Under the pieces are notes generated by a model. It had not been told where the DNA came from. It made no database searches and saw nothing but the letters and a program-made list of their open reading frames with translations. This document shows positions 29,605 through 43,723 of a stretch of 64,000 nucleotides of DNA, piece by piece. How positions within the stretch are numbered: the first letter of the stretch is position 1; every line of letters begins with the position of its first letter. The position numbers and the translations under genes were made by a program. The DNA comes from Eledone cirrhosa (lineage: Eukaryota): positions 13,888,001 to 13,952,000 of the forward strand of contig OZ024752.1 of the NCBI GenBank assembly GCA_964016885.1, in the 5' to 3' direction.

Positions 29605-29653
29605 CTTTATATATATTTTTTTATATTTATATATATATTTATTTATATATATA

Positions 29654-29700
<47 letters not shown>

Positions 29701-29701
29701 A

Positions 29702-29748
<47 letters not shown>

Positions 29749-30106
29749 ATTTATTTATATATATATTTATATATTTATATATATATATAAGCAAATTATA
29801 AACGTAAACATGTAAGTTTGTTTTTGAAACCGTTCGCGAGTTTGAAATTAGAAATTATAAGTGTTCACCGTATTTTGGACTAAAGAAATTTCTAGCCTGA
29901 TAGTGGGTTTTATAACCCTCGGAAAAATTGAAAAAGATGAGTGTTGCCGTACATATTTATATATATATTTATATATTTATATATATATCACATTTATTTA
30001 TATATTTATATATATATTTATATATATATTTATATATTTATATATATATTTATATATATATTTATATATATATTTATATATATATATTTATATATATATT
30101 TATATA

Positions 30107-30137
<31 letters not shown>

Positions 30138-30149
30138 ATATATTTATTT

Positions 30150-30916
30150 ATAATTGTAAATTTAGTAAAATCGAATCTCTCGCGGTTTGCAAGCGAAATC
30201 GGCCTACTTATATGCAATGATGAGTTAGCAAAGCACTCGATAAGTTAGGTCCTTAGAGTAATAACATACGTTTAAATAGCTTGACAAATAGAATATTGTG
30301 GTAGGAAAAATCTAACACACAATAATATACCAAAATAATGATAGAATTAACATGTTGAGAAAAATACACCTGGACAAATCAAACGATTATACGTTTAAAG
30401 TGTTTCTTTGAATCCGAAATCAAATATCAGACTTACGTGACTGGCAAGCTCGTGGTATTCATGATCGAACGGCGGATTCGGTTTTTCAACAGGCTTTTCT
30501 TTCTACCCAGAACAGGGGTGATAGGCTAAATGTTGCTGCTAAATGCAGCCGATCGTATCTATAGCTGTCACGTGTCAATTCCAGCAAGGGAAATAACCCC
30601 CGGTTTTTGGCGGGCATTCAAAATGTTAGACAAAGTAAATATTTTAATTTCCGCTAATCATCATGATAAGCTCTCGACTAGATGTTATAAAACAAACACA
30701 AATAATTAACCAATCAACAGAATTCTCTAATTAAATTAATTAGTTAATTATTAAATCTAGGAGAATAATATAATTGGAAATTTAGTAAAATCTAATCTCT
30801 GGCGGTTTGCAAGCAAATTCGGCCTACTTATATGAAATGATGAGTTAGCAAAGCACTCGTTAAGTTAAGTCCTTAGAGTAATAACATACGTTTAAATACC
30901 TTGACAAATCGAAAAT
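30150..30916 (-). mobile_element. non-autonomous element with ~145-bp terminal direct repeats and a putative 67-nt intron
   Basis: 30150-30293 matches 30771-30914. The minus strand has GTAAGT (30436)...TTTGATTTGTCCAG (30370). (TA)n flanks. Confidence 0.7.
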
Positions 30917-30960
30917 TAATATATATATATTTTTATATATATATATTTATATATATATAT

Positions 30961-31995
30961 AACGAAGGAGTTGTGGTAAGGATCCAGATGGACCATAACG
31001 CACCAGACTACTCAATACTTATGGTAGTAAAGTAGGTAATAGGAGAAAGTACGACCCCTCGAGCCGTGTTCGACATCTCTTTCTGGACTAAAGTAAGAGT
31101 CATGTTAGTTTGGTAAATAAATAGCCGAATTTTTCAAGACGTACTTCCTTATATGGGAAGATTGTAGTTGTCAAGAGGATTGGTCAAAATTTGTAGCAGA
31201 CACAGAAAAGTCTATCATGGTAGTGGATGCGGGGTGGGGGTGACTGAACTTGCCTGTAGAACGATAGGGGAGTGGGTGGAGCCGGTCAAGCGTTGAAGGT
31301 GAAATCTACACGGCAAATTCTAAGGAATGTGTGTGAAAATAGGCCAGAAGAGGTAGGCGAAAATAGCTTTCTTTAGAAAAAGGAGGAGGGACGTTATAAA
31401 ATAGGTAAATTAATAGGATTAAGGGACAATGAAAAAAAAATAATAAAAAAGAATATAATTCTCGTCTAGCAACTCATTCTATAGCATTGGCCGAAAAAGC
31501 AGAACCAACTACGTATAGCAGCTGCGTTAGACTCCTTAGTTTTTGTTTTATTTCACTTCTCACTTCTCACTTTCCAATCTTACATTCTGATACATCTTTC
31601 TCTCATTTTTTATTTCTTCTTTTTTTTATTATATTATTTTTTATAATATTTTTTTTCATTGTCCCCTAATCCCATTTGATTTACCAATTCTATAACGCCC
31701 CTCCTCCTTTTTCTAAAGAAACCTTTTTCGCCTACCTCTTCTGGCCGGCTCTACCCAATCCCCTATCGTTCTACAGGCAAGTTCAGCCACCCCCACCCCG
31801 CACCCACTGCCATGATAGACTTTTCTGTGTCTGCTAAAGATTTTGACCAATCCACTTTACAACTACAATCTTCCCATATAAGGAAGTACCCCTTGAAATG
31901 TTCGGCTATTTATTTACCAGACTAAAAAAAAAACTCTTACTTTAGTCCAGAAATAGCCGTCGAAACGGCTTGAGCTCTGCCGTCGGGGTCTTAGT
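30961..31995. mobile_element. fold-back element, family F
   Basis: About 31050-31459 is a diverged inverted repeat of about 31628-31990. TA flanks. Confidence 0.8.
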
Positions 31996-32044
31996 TTTAT
32001 ATATATAGGAGAAAGTATCTAATTATTAACGACTATCTTGTGTA

Positions 32045-32360
32045 AATAATTGTTTCTATTTTTGGCACAAGGGCAGCAATAACCCAGTACATTACTGGTA
32101 CTTTATTTTATCGACCCCGTAATGATGAAAGACAGTTAACCTCGACGGGATTTGAAGTCAGACCGTAAAGGGACGTAACTATGCTAGAGAGCATGGCATG
32201 CAACCCTCTTCCGATTCTGCCAATTCACCGTGTAAATTCAGCTGTGTAAAATAATTGTTTCTACGTTTGGCACAAGGCCAGCAATTACCCGGTGCATTAC
32301 TGGTACTTTATTTTATCGATCCCGTAAGGATGAAAGGCAAAGTTAACCTCGGCGGGATTT
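32045..32360 (-). mobile_element. two SINE family 1 copies
   Basis: Family 1 motifs at 32045-32230 and 32251-32360. Confidence 0.88.
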
Positions 32361-33544
32361 ACCTGTGTAAATTAATGCTGTCAAACTATATTTTAAAGAC
32401 TACTACGTGAATTCTTAAGGGTTACTGTCAGAAAACCTAGCATATTTCTCACATATATATTAGTTGTAAGGGCTTATATTGAAGGGTGAACTAGATGGTG
32501 TTACTTCTAATGTGGATTCTTCGCTTGAATGAATGAACCGTTGTAGATTTCATTAATGACGCCCAAATATCATAGCCTAAGGTCGACATATACTGTGTGT
32601 GTGAATTATTTTTACGGAAACCCGTCGGATGGATTGTACCTGTAAATCAAAGGCCAATACTTGTCATATAGTGTGGCACGTTGAATCTATTTTAGAATTA
32701 CCTTAAGGTTACTCGTGCTTGTGGAATGTTCAATCCTGTACATGTACATTTCATGAACATGTTTGTCTCTATCACACCATTTATTGTGTCCATCCATTTT
32801 GAGACAACCATGTGACTGGGAAACAGCTACATTTTCTTCCAGGTTAGCCAACTTGACAAGTATCCTTCTTTTGTGGGGAACTAAGAGCTGCGGCTAACCG
32901 AAACGCTGCTGCATTTCGGGCCGAGGACGGTAAACTCTCCACTATCGGTCGCTCTGGTTGTGATCGAGCCCATGGCAGTGGAGACTTCCGGTGTTGTTGG
33001 TCTTAGGGTCACCTCCCTGCTTACCACCATCGGCACAGAGTTGGCTACCAGCAGGTGAAACCCTCGCGAGCTGGACTGGCTCTTCTAGCACGTCTCCCTC
33101 ACCATCCTCCGAGGAAACGCCTTCTCTATTCTGTTCACCGGGGCCGAGGGACGGCCAGCGCGTGGGCTCCCATTTGCTCACAACAATGAAAGATGGGGAG
33201 AGCGAGAGAGACGGAGGCAGTGACAGTGTTAGTTAGTTTTGGGGGTTTAGACCTGGTGTATATATATGTGTATATAAGACAGAATGAACATACATCACCA
33301 CCATCAGTGCTGTGGTTATCAGGTGCTGAATCAGGTTGTATAGTTGAAGAGTCCGCTTTGTAGCTACGTGGTTCTGGTTTCAACCCCTTGATGCGGTAAT
33401 GTCAGCAGGTATCGACTAATAGAGCATGGCGGAGCTATGGTATAGTCTCCTCACCTCATTTTCTGTTGTAGGGGCGCCGTAGTAACATACAGCGTTTGTT
33501 GGCCATTTTCAGATTGGCGGAGACCATACCCTTAGAGGCCTGAA

Positions 33545-33780
33545 GAGAGATAAATAAATAGATCGAGAGAGAAAGAGAGATCGAGAGATAGAGTTAGAGA
33601 TCGAGAGATAGAGAGAGAGAGGAAGATAGATAGATAAAGAGAGAGAGATCGCGAGAGGGGGAGATAGATACAGAGATCGAGAGAGAGGGAGATAAATAGA
33701 TAGAGAGATAGATAGATAGAGAGAGAGAGAGAGATCGTTTGAGGGTGAGAGGATAGAAGTGAGAAAAAGATATAGAGGAA
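33545..33780. repeat. (GA)n/(GATA)n degenerate microsatellite
   Basis: Direct inspection. Confidence 0.9.
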
Positions 33781-34979
33781 GAATCGGCCCCAGTGTTTGA
33801 CTGGTACTTATTTTATCGATCTCAGAGGACAAAAGTCAAAGTTGCCCTTGGCGGGATTTGAACTCATAAAGCTACCTACTGCCTTGTGAATGAAATTATG
33901 AAGATGACCATCGATATATGAAATATGTAGCGTGATCGAAATGGCCAACTAAATCATGGTGGTGCCCCAGCATGGACACAATCTAAAAGCTGAAACAAGT
34001 GAAAGAATAGTAATTGTTTCTACTTTAGGCACAAGCCAGCAATTACCCAGTGCATTATAATAATAAAGAGTAAAAAAAACAGATTACTTTATTTTCGATG
34101 TTGTCAATACAAGGTTTAAAAAATATGACTGCCGCTGTTCAGTACATACTTTCTACCATATTAATATTAGCGTGAGATAGTTTCAGTGATTGTTGTTTTC
34201 TTATAACCCGCCGTGAAGATGTTATTTGTGGTTTTCTGACTCAATTTGTTTTTCAATAAAATATGTGATTCTTCAATACGAGTATATTCAACATTCAATA
34301 ATTATTTGAGTATATTCAATAATTATTTTCCTACACCTAACTTTTGCTATTTCTGGTATATGATTTCACTTGGATTAATCTGAAATTTCCTACATTTTGG
34401 CAACATCTTTTGAAAAGCTTCATTTTGGAAAGAGTTAGCTTTTGTTTTAGTTATAAAGATTAAATTGTGTAGCATCTAAATTTTATTTTCTGTTTCCACA
34501 TTGTATGTCGATTCTATGATATATTTCGTTCTTTTTATTTTATAAATTGATATTCTGGTCGCAAGATGGATTGTTTACCTTAATTCCAAAGCAGCAACGA
34601 CACTGACAGCAAAAGGCAACAAATCATATTTATGAGAATATATTTTTAACAGTATGGTGTTAAATAAATTCAAAATGTTAACAATGCCCTTTTGTCTTTT
34701 TTTTTTTTTGTGAATGGGAGTCATTCCACTGGTAAAGTGATCTACTTGATGGAAACACCCGCTGTATTGAGGATTAGCATACTGTGATTGAAGAGACACG
34801 GGGGATGCGTTATCTACAGTATTTCAACTCTCCTTTTTTTCTATTCTACTGTATGTGTATGTGGGTATTTTTGGAGATGTATGTGTGTGTTTGTGTTTGC
34901 GCGTTTATATTTTTATACTCATACATATAAATGTATGCACATGCACACATATACATACGAATCAGCGTGTTGAAAAAAT

Positions 34980-35570
34980 CCTAGTATTTAATGAAACAGT
35001 TCTGCCGTGTATTTCCTGCACAGTGTTTCCACCATTGAAACTGGAATCGAGGATCGTCCTCAATCTTCGAAAGTTCTCTCTGTTGACAAGTTCTTTCATT
35101 TTCTCTTTACTTTATCACTTTGTAGCACACCTAGATATCTATATTCTTTGTCTATTTCCAGTGAATTGATTCTTTAACCGTTTGGTATTTCAATTCCATC
35201 ACGTCTTACTAGCGTTCAAGGCTTCTCCTCTATCATTGCATACTATTAATTGTCAAATTCCCTCCCAATATCTTTGGAAATTATCCTAAGGTGTCTAGCT
35301 CTTCTATAGTATGCTTGTATAGTTTTAAATCATATATAAACAAGAATGATTGAAGTTGCTCCTATCTTTCCCTAGACTCTATCTGATTGACACAGTTGTT
35401 TCCTTTCAACAACAAACAGAATTGCTGATAAACTATCTCCTTGGGAGATGCACTACTTTATCTTCACTTCACCTAATGTTTCTCCAGCTGATGCCAATTC
35501 TACTTTCTATTTAACTATTGATTTTTCTATAAGGTTCTTGATGTTGTCTAATACCTTTAACAAATCCAAA
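34980..35570 (-). mobile_element. degenerate R4/Dong-type LINE RT fragment
   Basis: With frameshifts, translates GEVKIK*CISQGDSLSAILF...NH..Y.DLKLY...ISKDIGREF...DGIEIPNG...YRYLGVLQ...RRLRTILDSSFNGGN. Confidence 0.8.
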
Positions 35571-35799
35571 CAGTGAAGAATCCAAGAATGCGGCAGCATG
35601 TCATATGCCTTGTTGTCGTCAATTCAAACAAGGGGAAGATTATTGAGCCTCTTTTTGCAGTTCTACAGTACCATTGTATCAATCATCAGCCGGTCTTTCG
35701 TTTCTCTGCTATTGCGCCTACAACCCTTCTGCTCACCAGGAAGCTGTTTTACTCTCTCAATGTGTGTATACATATTATCGGATACCATTGTTATTATTA

Positions 35800-35981
35800 A
35801 CGGTGGATTGGCAGCGTCGGTAGAGCGTCGGATGCCATGCTTTGCAGAAAAGTTATGTCCCCTTACAGTATGAGTTCAATTGCCGCCGAGGTTAACTTTG
35901 CCTTTCATCCTTACAAGGTTGATAAAACAAAGCACCAGTAATGTACTGCGGTAATTGCTGGCCTTGTGCCAAAAGTAGAAA

Positions 35982-36027
<46 letters not shown>

Positions 36028-37025
36028 GCAGTGGATTGGCAGTATCGGTAGAGTCGGGCATTAGGCTTTGCAGCATAGAGTTGCGTCCCTTTACGTTCGG
36101 AGTGGAAATCCCGCCGAGGTTAACTTTGCCTTTCATCCTTCGGGGATCGATAAAATAAAGCACCAGTAACACAGTGGGGTCGATATAATCGACTTTCCCC
36201 TCTCCCTAAACTGCTGGCCTTGTACCTAATGTAGAACTCATTATTATTAGGACGCTGGATTGGCAGAATCGGTAGGGCGCCGGACAACATGCTGTCTAGC
36301 ATAGTTACGGTCCTTTACGTTCTGAGTTCTAATCTCGCCGAAGTTAGCTTTTCCACTCATCATTACGTGATAAAATAAAGTACCAGTAACGCACTAGGTT
36401 CAATTTAATCTATTTTCCCCTTTCCTTGAAAATTGTTGGCCTTGTGCCTAAATCAGAAACCGTTATTATTATACCTATTATATTATTATTATATTGTTAT
36501 ACCTATTATATTATTATTATATTGTTATACCTATTATATTATTATTATATTGTTATACCTATTATATTATTATTATATTGTTATACCTATTATATTATTA
36601 TTATATTGTTATACCTATTATATTATTATTATATTGTTATACCTATTATATTATTATTATATTATTATACCTATTATATTATTATTATATTGTTATACCT
36701 ATTATATTATTATTATATTGTTATAACTATTATATTATTATTATATTGTTATACCTATTATATTATTATTATATTGTTATACCTATTATATTATTATTAT
36801 ATTGTTATACCTATTATATTATTATTATATTGTTATGTGGATTGGCAGTATCGGTAGAGGGTCGGACGGACGCCATGCTTTGACGCATAGAGTTACGGCC
36901 CTTGCCATCCTGAGTCCAAATCCCGCCGACGTTAACTTTACCTTTCATCCTTACTGGGTCGATAAAATAAAGTACCAGTCATGCACTGGGTAATTGCTGG
37001 CCTTGTGCCAAAAGTAGAAACAATT
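35800..37025 (+). mobile_element. head-to-tail cluster of four SINE family 1 copies
   Basis: Heads at about 35800, 36028, 36251 and 36836, separated by (TTA)n tails and a minisatellite. Confidence 0.88.
36466..36836. repeat. 28-bp minisatellite ATACCTATTATATTATTATTATATTGTT, ~13 copies
   Basis: Period 28 (ATACCT at 36471, 36499 and onward). Confidence 0.95.
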
Positions 37026-37529
37026 ATATTATTAAACCTATTATATTATTATTATATTATTATACCCATTATATTATTATACCTATTATATATATATATA
37101 TATTACACAATTAATGCAACCGGACAATATATAAATTCTATGCAGTTATCCAATAACAATTTCAATTAAGATTCGTATTACTTTGATCTTTAAATATTAC
37201 TTCAACGTAAAGGAATATTTAGTCCTTTTGTTCATTCATGTGATTGCTTTGTATATACGGGATCATGCGATATAAAATTCAAATATCGATTACACTCATT
37301 TACCCTCATTTTTATGTTATGGGCATTAACCAATCACGGCATTTGTTTGTAAGTATTAACATTGTCTTGTCGTCTGTTGATTATTTGATTTTGTATATAT
37401 TCTGTGAACTGTTGTGTCTTAGAAAGACAAACGATTATCATTTTGTTTGTGCATGTAACAGATATATTCCTTTATATAGTAGCTATGATGCGGCCACACT
37501 TAGGGGTTCTAGACTGGTGATGTAAATTC

Positions 37530-37985
37530 TATCTTGGTCAAAGCATTGACCACCTGGAAACTGTTCAGAGACGTGCAACCAAGCGAATAGCCTCCATCAG
37601 GCATCTACCATACTCTGAACGCCTTGCTTGCCTGGGCATGGATACATTGAAGCTCCTACGTCTGGCAACTGTCTGTAAACGCCCACAAAATTATTATTAA
37701 CCATCTTGCCAACAACAACCCTGAGCACCTTTTTTAGTGTTGCTGAAGCATGGAACAAACTCTCTGCATCAGTTGTTAGCTGTCAAGACACTGCATCCTT
37801 TAAAATCTCCATGCTTCCTGAGATTCGCCAACACTACACCTGATATCCCCTCTCCATACACATGCACGCATGTATTTCATGACTCGTACACTGTTCATTT
37901 GCACATTATTCTATGTACTATACATGCACCTTTGATGAGTTGTATTTCACCTGAGCACTGTACACAATAATTCCAATTATTATAG
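37530..37985 (+). mobile_element. CR1-clade LINE 3' fragment
   Basis: Translates IDHLETVQRRATKRIASIRHLPYSERLACLGMDTL, the CR1 C-terminal signature. Confidence 0.85.
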
Positions 37986-38319
37986 AATAACGGATAAAGA
38001 TCCCATAACTCCTTGTGGAGTCGAAGATGCACCACCAAACGGCGTGTCCAGGGCACTTTTAAACCTTGCGGGGCCCAAATCACTTCATGTCTCAACACAG
38101 CCGATTTTTTCTATAGAGGAAGACCGAACCCAGTACTGGACTGGTTCTTTTTATTGCCCACGAATGGATGAAATTCCTATATATATTCCCTCACAATATA
38201 CACATTTATAATGGAACTGTGTTGTATATAATTAAAACCTTCAATCCGTAGAATTTACTTTCTTCCAAAAAGTAAATATTTCCATTCTGTATTCTTTTAA
38301 TGCTGTTTATCAGAGTCGT

Positions 38320-38623
38320 CTTGAGGCCCTATTAAAGTCTGTCTCAAGCCATTTAAGGATTGTTAGGCTGGTGCTTATCCAGGTTTCATGACGTCAAGCG
38401 ACTGATAGTACAAGACACCCCCTGGGCATGACGCCAATCCATCGCAGGGTTAACCCCCCCCCCCCCCAGCCATTGCTGGTACTCATTTTTAGTTGAGTAT
38501 ACTGGAGCAACGTGAAATGAAGCCTTTTGTTCAAGAACACAAAACGCAACCCAGCCCAGGAATCGAACCCACGACATTATGATCGTAAGTCCAACACCCT
38601 TACCACTAGCCTACGCACCTCCA
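38320..38623 (-). mobile_element. tRNA-derived SINE related to family 2
   Basis: The reverse complement reads GGAGGTGCGTAGGCTAGTGGTAAG...GGTTCGATTCCTGG...GTGTTCTTGAACAAAAGGCTTCATTTCACGTTGCTCC. Confidence 0.85.
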
Positions 38624-38725
38624 CAGAGGTCCTACTATCAGTCATAAATATACGATGTAGCACTTATTGCATGGCTGGAAGAAGTGAGCTAGCAATTATG
38701 TTAGTATAGACCCAATGAAGCCTGC

Positions 38726-39030
38726 ATTTCTACCATACCATATATGCTGTATATAAAAACTCTACTTTTCTACCATACCATATATGCTGTATATGAAGAC
38801 TACATTTCTACCATACCATATATGCTGTATATAAACACTCTACTTTTCTACCATACCATATATGCTGTATATGAAGACTACATTTCTACTATACCATATA
38901 TGCTGTATATGAAGACTACATTTCTACTATACCATATATGCTGTATATGAAGACTACATTTCTACTATACCATATATGCTGTATATGAAGACTCTATATT
39001 TCTACTATACCATATATGCTGTATATAAAA
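38726..39030. repeat. 38-42-bp minisatellite TTTCTACYATACCATATATGCTGTATATGAAGACTACA, ~8 copies
   Basis: Direct inspection. Confidence 0.92.
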
Positions 39031-40397
39031 ACTACTTTTTTTCTTGGAACTGTCAGATACAAGATTTGCTTCCTTCCGAACCCCTTTTAGGGTCACGGGA
39101 TACGCAATCTTTGTGCGTCCACCAACCCTTCCCAGAACATGTCGCAGGCCCATCAGTAGTTTTTTTGGCGGAAGGACGATGCGGTATGGTTCTCTTTCTT
39201 ACCTCTCACCATATTCCAGGTTTGGTGGTCTTATTCGCACAAGTCACCAATCTGCTACCTTCCCAAACCAGTGAAAAACTGCCAGAGAGTATTTATTTAA
39301 AGTTACACCCATATTCATATAACTAATAGCCATATAGATATAAAAAGATATTTGTATAAGATTCATAGAAAACTGTATATTTTTTATGTCCTTACTTTTC
39401 TCGGCATAAGCAGGATCGTTGGATCATGAACATGAAAGGGTATGACGTTGTATTAGCTACACAATTAATATTTCATATATCTTCATAGAATTCCTTCATA
39501 GGCAGCTTGCCTTTAGTCCTACATTATTGAACACGTCATTGTCGATATAGTCAAAATATATATTTTTTATAATATGAATTCAGTTGTTCATTAATAGTGG
39601 TTTTATCGATTAACATTCAATAAAGACGTCAACTTAACAGGAAGTGCGCTGCTTTTTTTAGTCATGATTTTATCTGTCTTTTTCTTATATAAGAACAATT
39701 TCCTCTACCTATTTCATTAATTAACAAGCTTAATTATATATTTATATTCCTTTGGTCATGTTATAAGTTGCAAACTACTAATCGAGCATTAAACATTAAA
39801 TATTGTTCAAAGAATAATTTACTTGGTGATAGATTTTGTGTGTATAGACACAGATAAATCAGTTTCTTCTTTTAAGCACACGGGGAGAGGAAAGTCGATT
39901 AAATCAACCCCAGTACTTACACGTGCTTCCTATCGACCTCGTAAAGATGAAATACAAAGCTAACTTCAGCGGGATTTGAATTCAGAAACTAGAGAGACAT
40001 AACTCCATGCTGCAAAGCATTGTGGCCACGCTCTACTGATACTATCTATCGCCCTGGTGATAAATAATGGGCAATGAATGAAAAAGCAAGGGGGAAATTG
40101 TGTGTGTGTGTGTGAACACAAAGGAACCAAACTCCTACTGTCACCACCTTCATCAATCTTGCCCTTCCCATCTCTCACTATTATGAGCAAATGGGGCCCA
40201 CGCACTGGCCTCCCCGTAGCCCCGGTGGACGGAATAGAGAAGGAAATGAGGATTAATGGGAAATGATTGCAAGCGTTGACTGTGATAATATCTGAAACAA
40301 TTAATAGCGTTAAAAAACTGTTTGCTAAATGAATAGAATCAACTTTTAATTAAATTCCCTTTTATTCTTGTGAGGATAATCTTAGGAGTAAAGAAAA

Positions 40398-42717
40398 ACA
40401 CCATAGTTTCATGCATAACCACAATACCAGTAATACACCATAGTTTCATGCATAGCCACAATACCAGTAATACACCATAGTTTCATGCATAGCCACAATA
40501 CCAGTAATACACCATACTTTCATACATAGCCACAATACCAGTAATACACCATAGTTTCATGCATAGCCACAGTACCAGTAATACAACATACTTTCATACA
40601 TAGCCACAATACCAGTAATACACCATACTTTCATACATAGCCACAATACCATTAATACACCATAGTTTCATACATAACCACAATACCAGTAATACACCAT
40701 ACTTTCATACATAGCCACAATACCAGTAATACACCATAGTTTCATACATAACCACAATACCAGTAATACACCATAGTTTCATACATAGCCACAATACCAG
40801 TAATACACCATACTTTCATACATAACCACAATAGCAGTAATACACCATAGTTTCATACATAGCCACAATACCAGTAATACACCATAGTTTCATACATAGC
40901 CACAATACCAGTAATACACCATACTTTCATACATAGCCACAATACCAGTAATACACCATAGTTTCATACATAGTCACAATAGCAGTAATACACCATACTT
41001 TCATACATAGCCACAATACCAGTAATACACCATACTTTCATACATAGCCACAATACCAGTAATACACCATAGTTTCATACATAGCCACAATACCAGTAAT
41101 ACTCCATAGTTTCATACATAACTACAATACCAGTAATACACCATAGTTTCATACATAGCCACAATACCAGTAATACACCATACTTTCATACATAGCCACA
41201 ATACCAGTAATACACCATACTTTCATACATAGACAAAATACCAGTAATACACCATCGTTTCATACATAACCACAATACCAGTAATACACCATAGTTTCAT
41301 ACATAACCACAATACCAGTAATACACCATAGTTTCATACATAGCCACAATACCAGTAATACACCATAGTTTCATACATAGCCACAATACCAGTAATACAC
41401 CATAGTTTCATACATAACCACAATACCAGTAATACACCATCGTTTCTTTCCAAGCCACAATACCAGTAATACACCATACTTTCATACATAGCCACAAAAC
41501 CAGTAATGCACCATACTTTCATACATAACCACAATACCAGTAATACACCATAGTTTCATACATAGCCACAATACCAGTAATACAACATAGTTTCATACAT
41601 AGCCACAATACCAGTAATACACCATAGTTTCATACATAGCCACAATACCAGTAATACACCATAGTTTCATACATAGCCACAATACCAGTAATACACCATA
41701 GTTTCATACATAGCCACAATACAAGTAATACACCATACTTTCATACATAGCCACAATACCAGTAATACACCATAGTTTCATACATAGCCACAATACCAGT
41801 AATACACCATACTTTCATACATAGCCACAATACCAGTAATACACCATACTTTCATACATAGCCACAATACCAGTAATACACCATACTTTCATACATAGCC
41901 ACAATACCAGTAATACACCATAGTTTCATACATAGCCACAATACCAGTAATACTCCATAGTTTCATACATAACTACAATACCAGTAATACACCATACTTT
42001 CATACATAGCCACAATACCAGTAATACACCATACTTTCATACATAGCCACAATACCAGTAATACACCATACTTTCATACATAGCCACAATACCAGTAATA
42101 CACCATCGTTTCATACATAACCACAATACCAGTAATACACCATACTTTCATACATAACCACAATACCAGTAATACACCATAGTTTCATACATAGCCACAA
42201 TACCAGTAATACACCATAGTTTCATACATAACCACAATACCAGTAATACACCATAGTTTCATACATAACCACAATACCAGTAATACACCATAGTTTCATA
42301 CATAGCCACAATACCAGTAATACACCATAGTTTCATACATAGCCACAATACCAGTAATACACCATAGTTTCATACATAACCACAATACCAGTAATACACC
42401 ATCGTTTCTTTCCAAGCCACAATACCAGTAATACACCATACTTTCATACATAGCCACAATACCAGTAATACACCATACTTTCATACATAGCCACAATACC
42501 AGTAATACACCATACTTTCATACATAACCACAATACCAGTAATACACCATAGTTTCATACATAGCCACAATACCAGTAATACACCATAGTTTCATACATA
42601 GCCACAATACCAGTAATACACCATAGTTTCATACATAACCACAATACCAGTAATACAACATAGTTTCATACATAGCCACAATACCAGTAATACACCATAC
42701 TTTCATACATAACCACA
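40398..42717. repeat. 37-bp minisatellite ACACCATAGTTTCATACATAGCCACAATACCAGTAAT, ~62 copies
   Basis: Direct inspection. Rare unit variants recur at 851- and 962-bp spacing (23 and 26 units). Confidence 0.97.
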
Positions 42718-42719
42718 AG

Positions 42720-43360
42720 GAGAGTAATGAGGGGGCAAATGGAAGTTGATTAAATCGACACTTTATTTTACAGATACTGTCTTTTAGGGGTTCCAGAAAG
42801 ATGGAAGGCAAAGCTAACCTCGTTGGGATTCGAAATCAGAGCAGGGAGGGCCGATATTCCGATACTACCAATCAATTGCCCTAACTAAAATTAATAATGG
42901 TTTCTACTTTTGGCACAAGTGAATTACTGGTACTTTATTTTATCGATCCCGTAAGGATGAAAGGCAAAGTTAAACTCGGCGGGATTTGAACTCAGAATGT
43001 CAAGGGCCGTAACTCTGTGTCAAGCATGGTGTCCGACCCTCTACCGAAACTGCCAATCCACCGCCCCTATTTTACTGATATGTCTTTCAGTGGTTCCAGA
43101 AAGATGGAAGGCAAAGCTAACCCCGGTGGGATTCCAAATCAGAGCATAGAGGGCCGATATACTGCTACTGTCAAACCACTGCCCTAACTAGGATTAATAA
43201 TAGTTTCAGACTTGGACACAAAGTCAAATATTTTGCAGGGAGGTGAAAGTTGATAAAATCGAACCCAGTACATTACTGGCACTTTATTATATCGACCCAG
43301 TAATGATGAAACACAAAGCTAACCTCGGTGGGATTTGAACTCGGAATGTAAAGGACCGTA
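42720..43360 (-). mobile_element. cluster of SINE family 1 copies and variants
   Basis: Repeated GGCAAAG-TAACCTCGG-GGGATT-GAA motifs. Confidence 0.8.
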
Positions 43361-43723
43361 AGAGTATTTGGCGGCAATAGAAATAGATTAACCGCATCTC
43401 CAAAGCATTACAGCTTCAAGACATGCGATGCTTCTCAATAGAACTATTATTTATATCAAAATGGGGGTAAATTAAACGAAAAGGTATCTGACAGTTCGAA
43501 GAAGAATGATTAATTGCTTTGTTCTGTGGATACAAATTATCAGCTCTATTTGCCTGTCTACCTCGTGCTTTTCCTCCTTCCAGAGATTTAACCACTTGGA
43601 CCTATTATTGTTTCCCTAAATTATCTTTCTATAATTATTTCTAATCTATACGTATGGGCAAAAGTTGATGAGTGCACCGTCGATAATATCGACTCCTCTA
43701 CGTAAGTGGTATTATATCTAACT

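Noticed and set aside
29895-29935. CTGATAG-hairpin-GGAAA motif
   Set aside because: The core is not CUGANGA and there is no stem I or III. At best a decayed motif in an unclassified 160-bp insert.
30200-30250. SECIS or type II hammerhead in the direct repeat (ATGATGAGT...AAA...ACTCGA)
   Set aside because: The helix is far too short for a SECIS, the GA is lost in the second copy, and C3 and stems I/III are missing for an HHR.
40398-42717. CRISPR-like regular array
   Set aside because: Contiguous 37-bp units with no unique spacers, no cas genes and a eukaryotic context.
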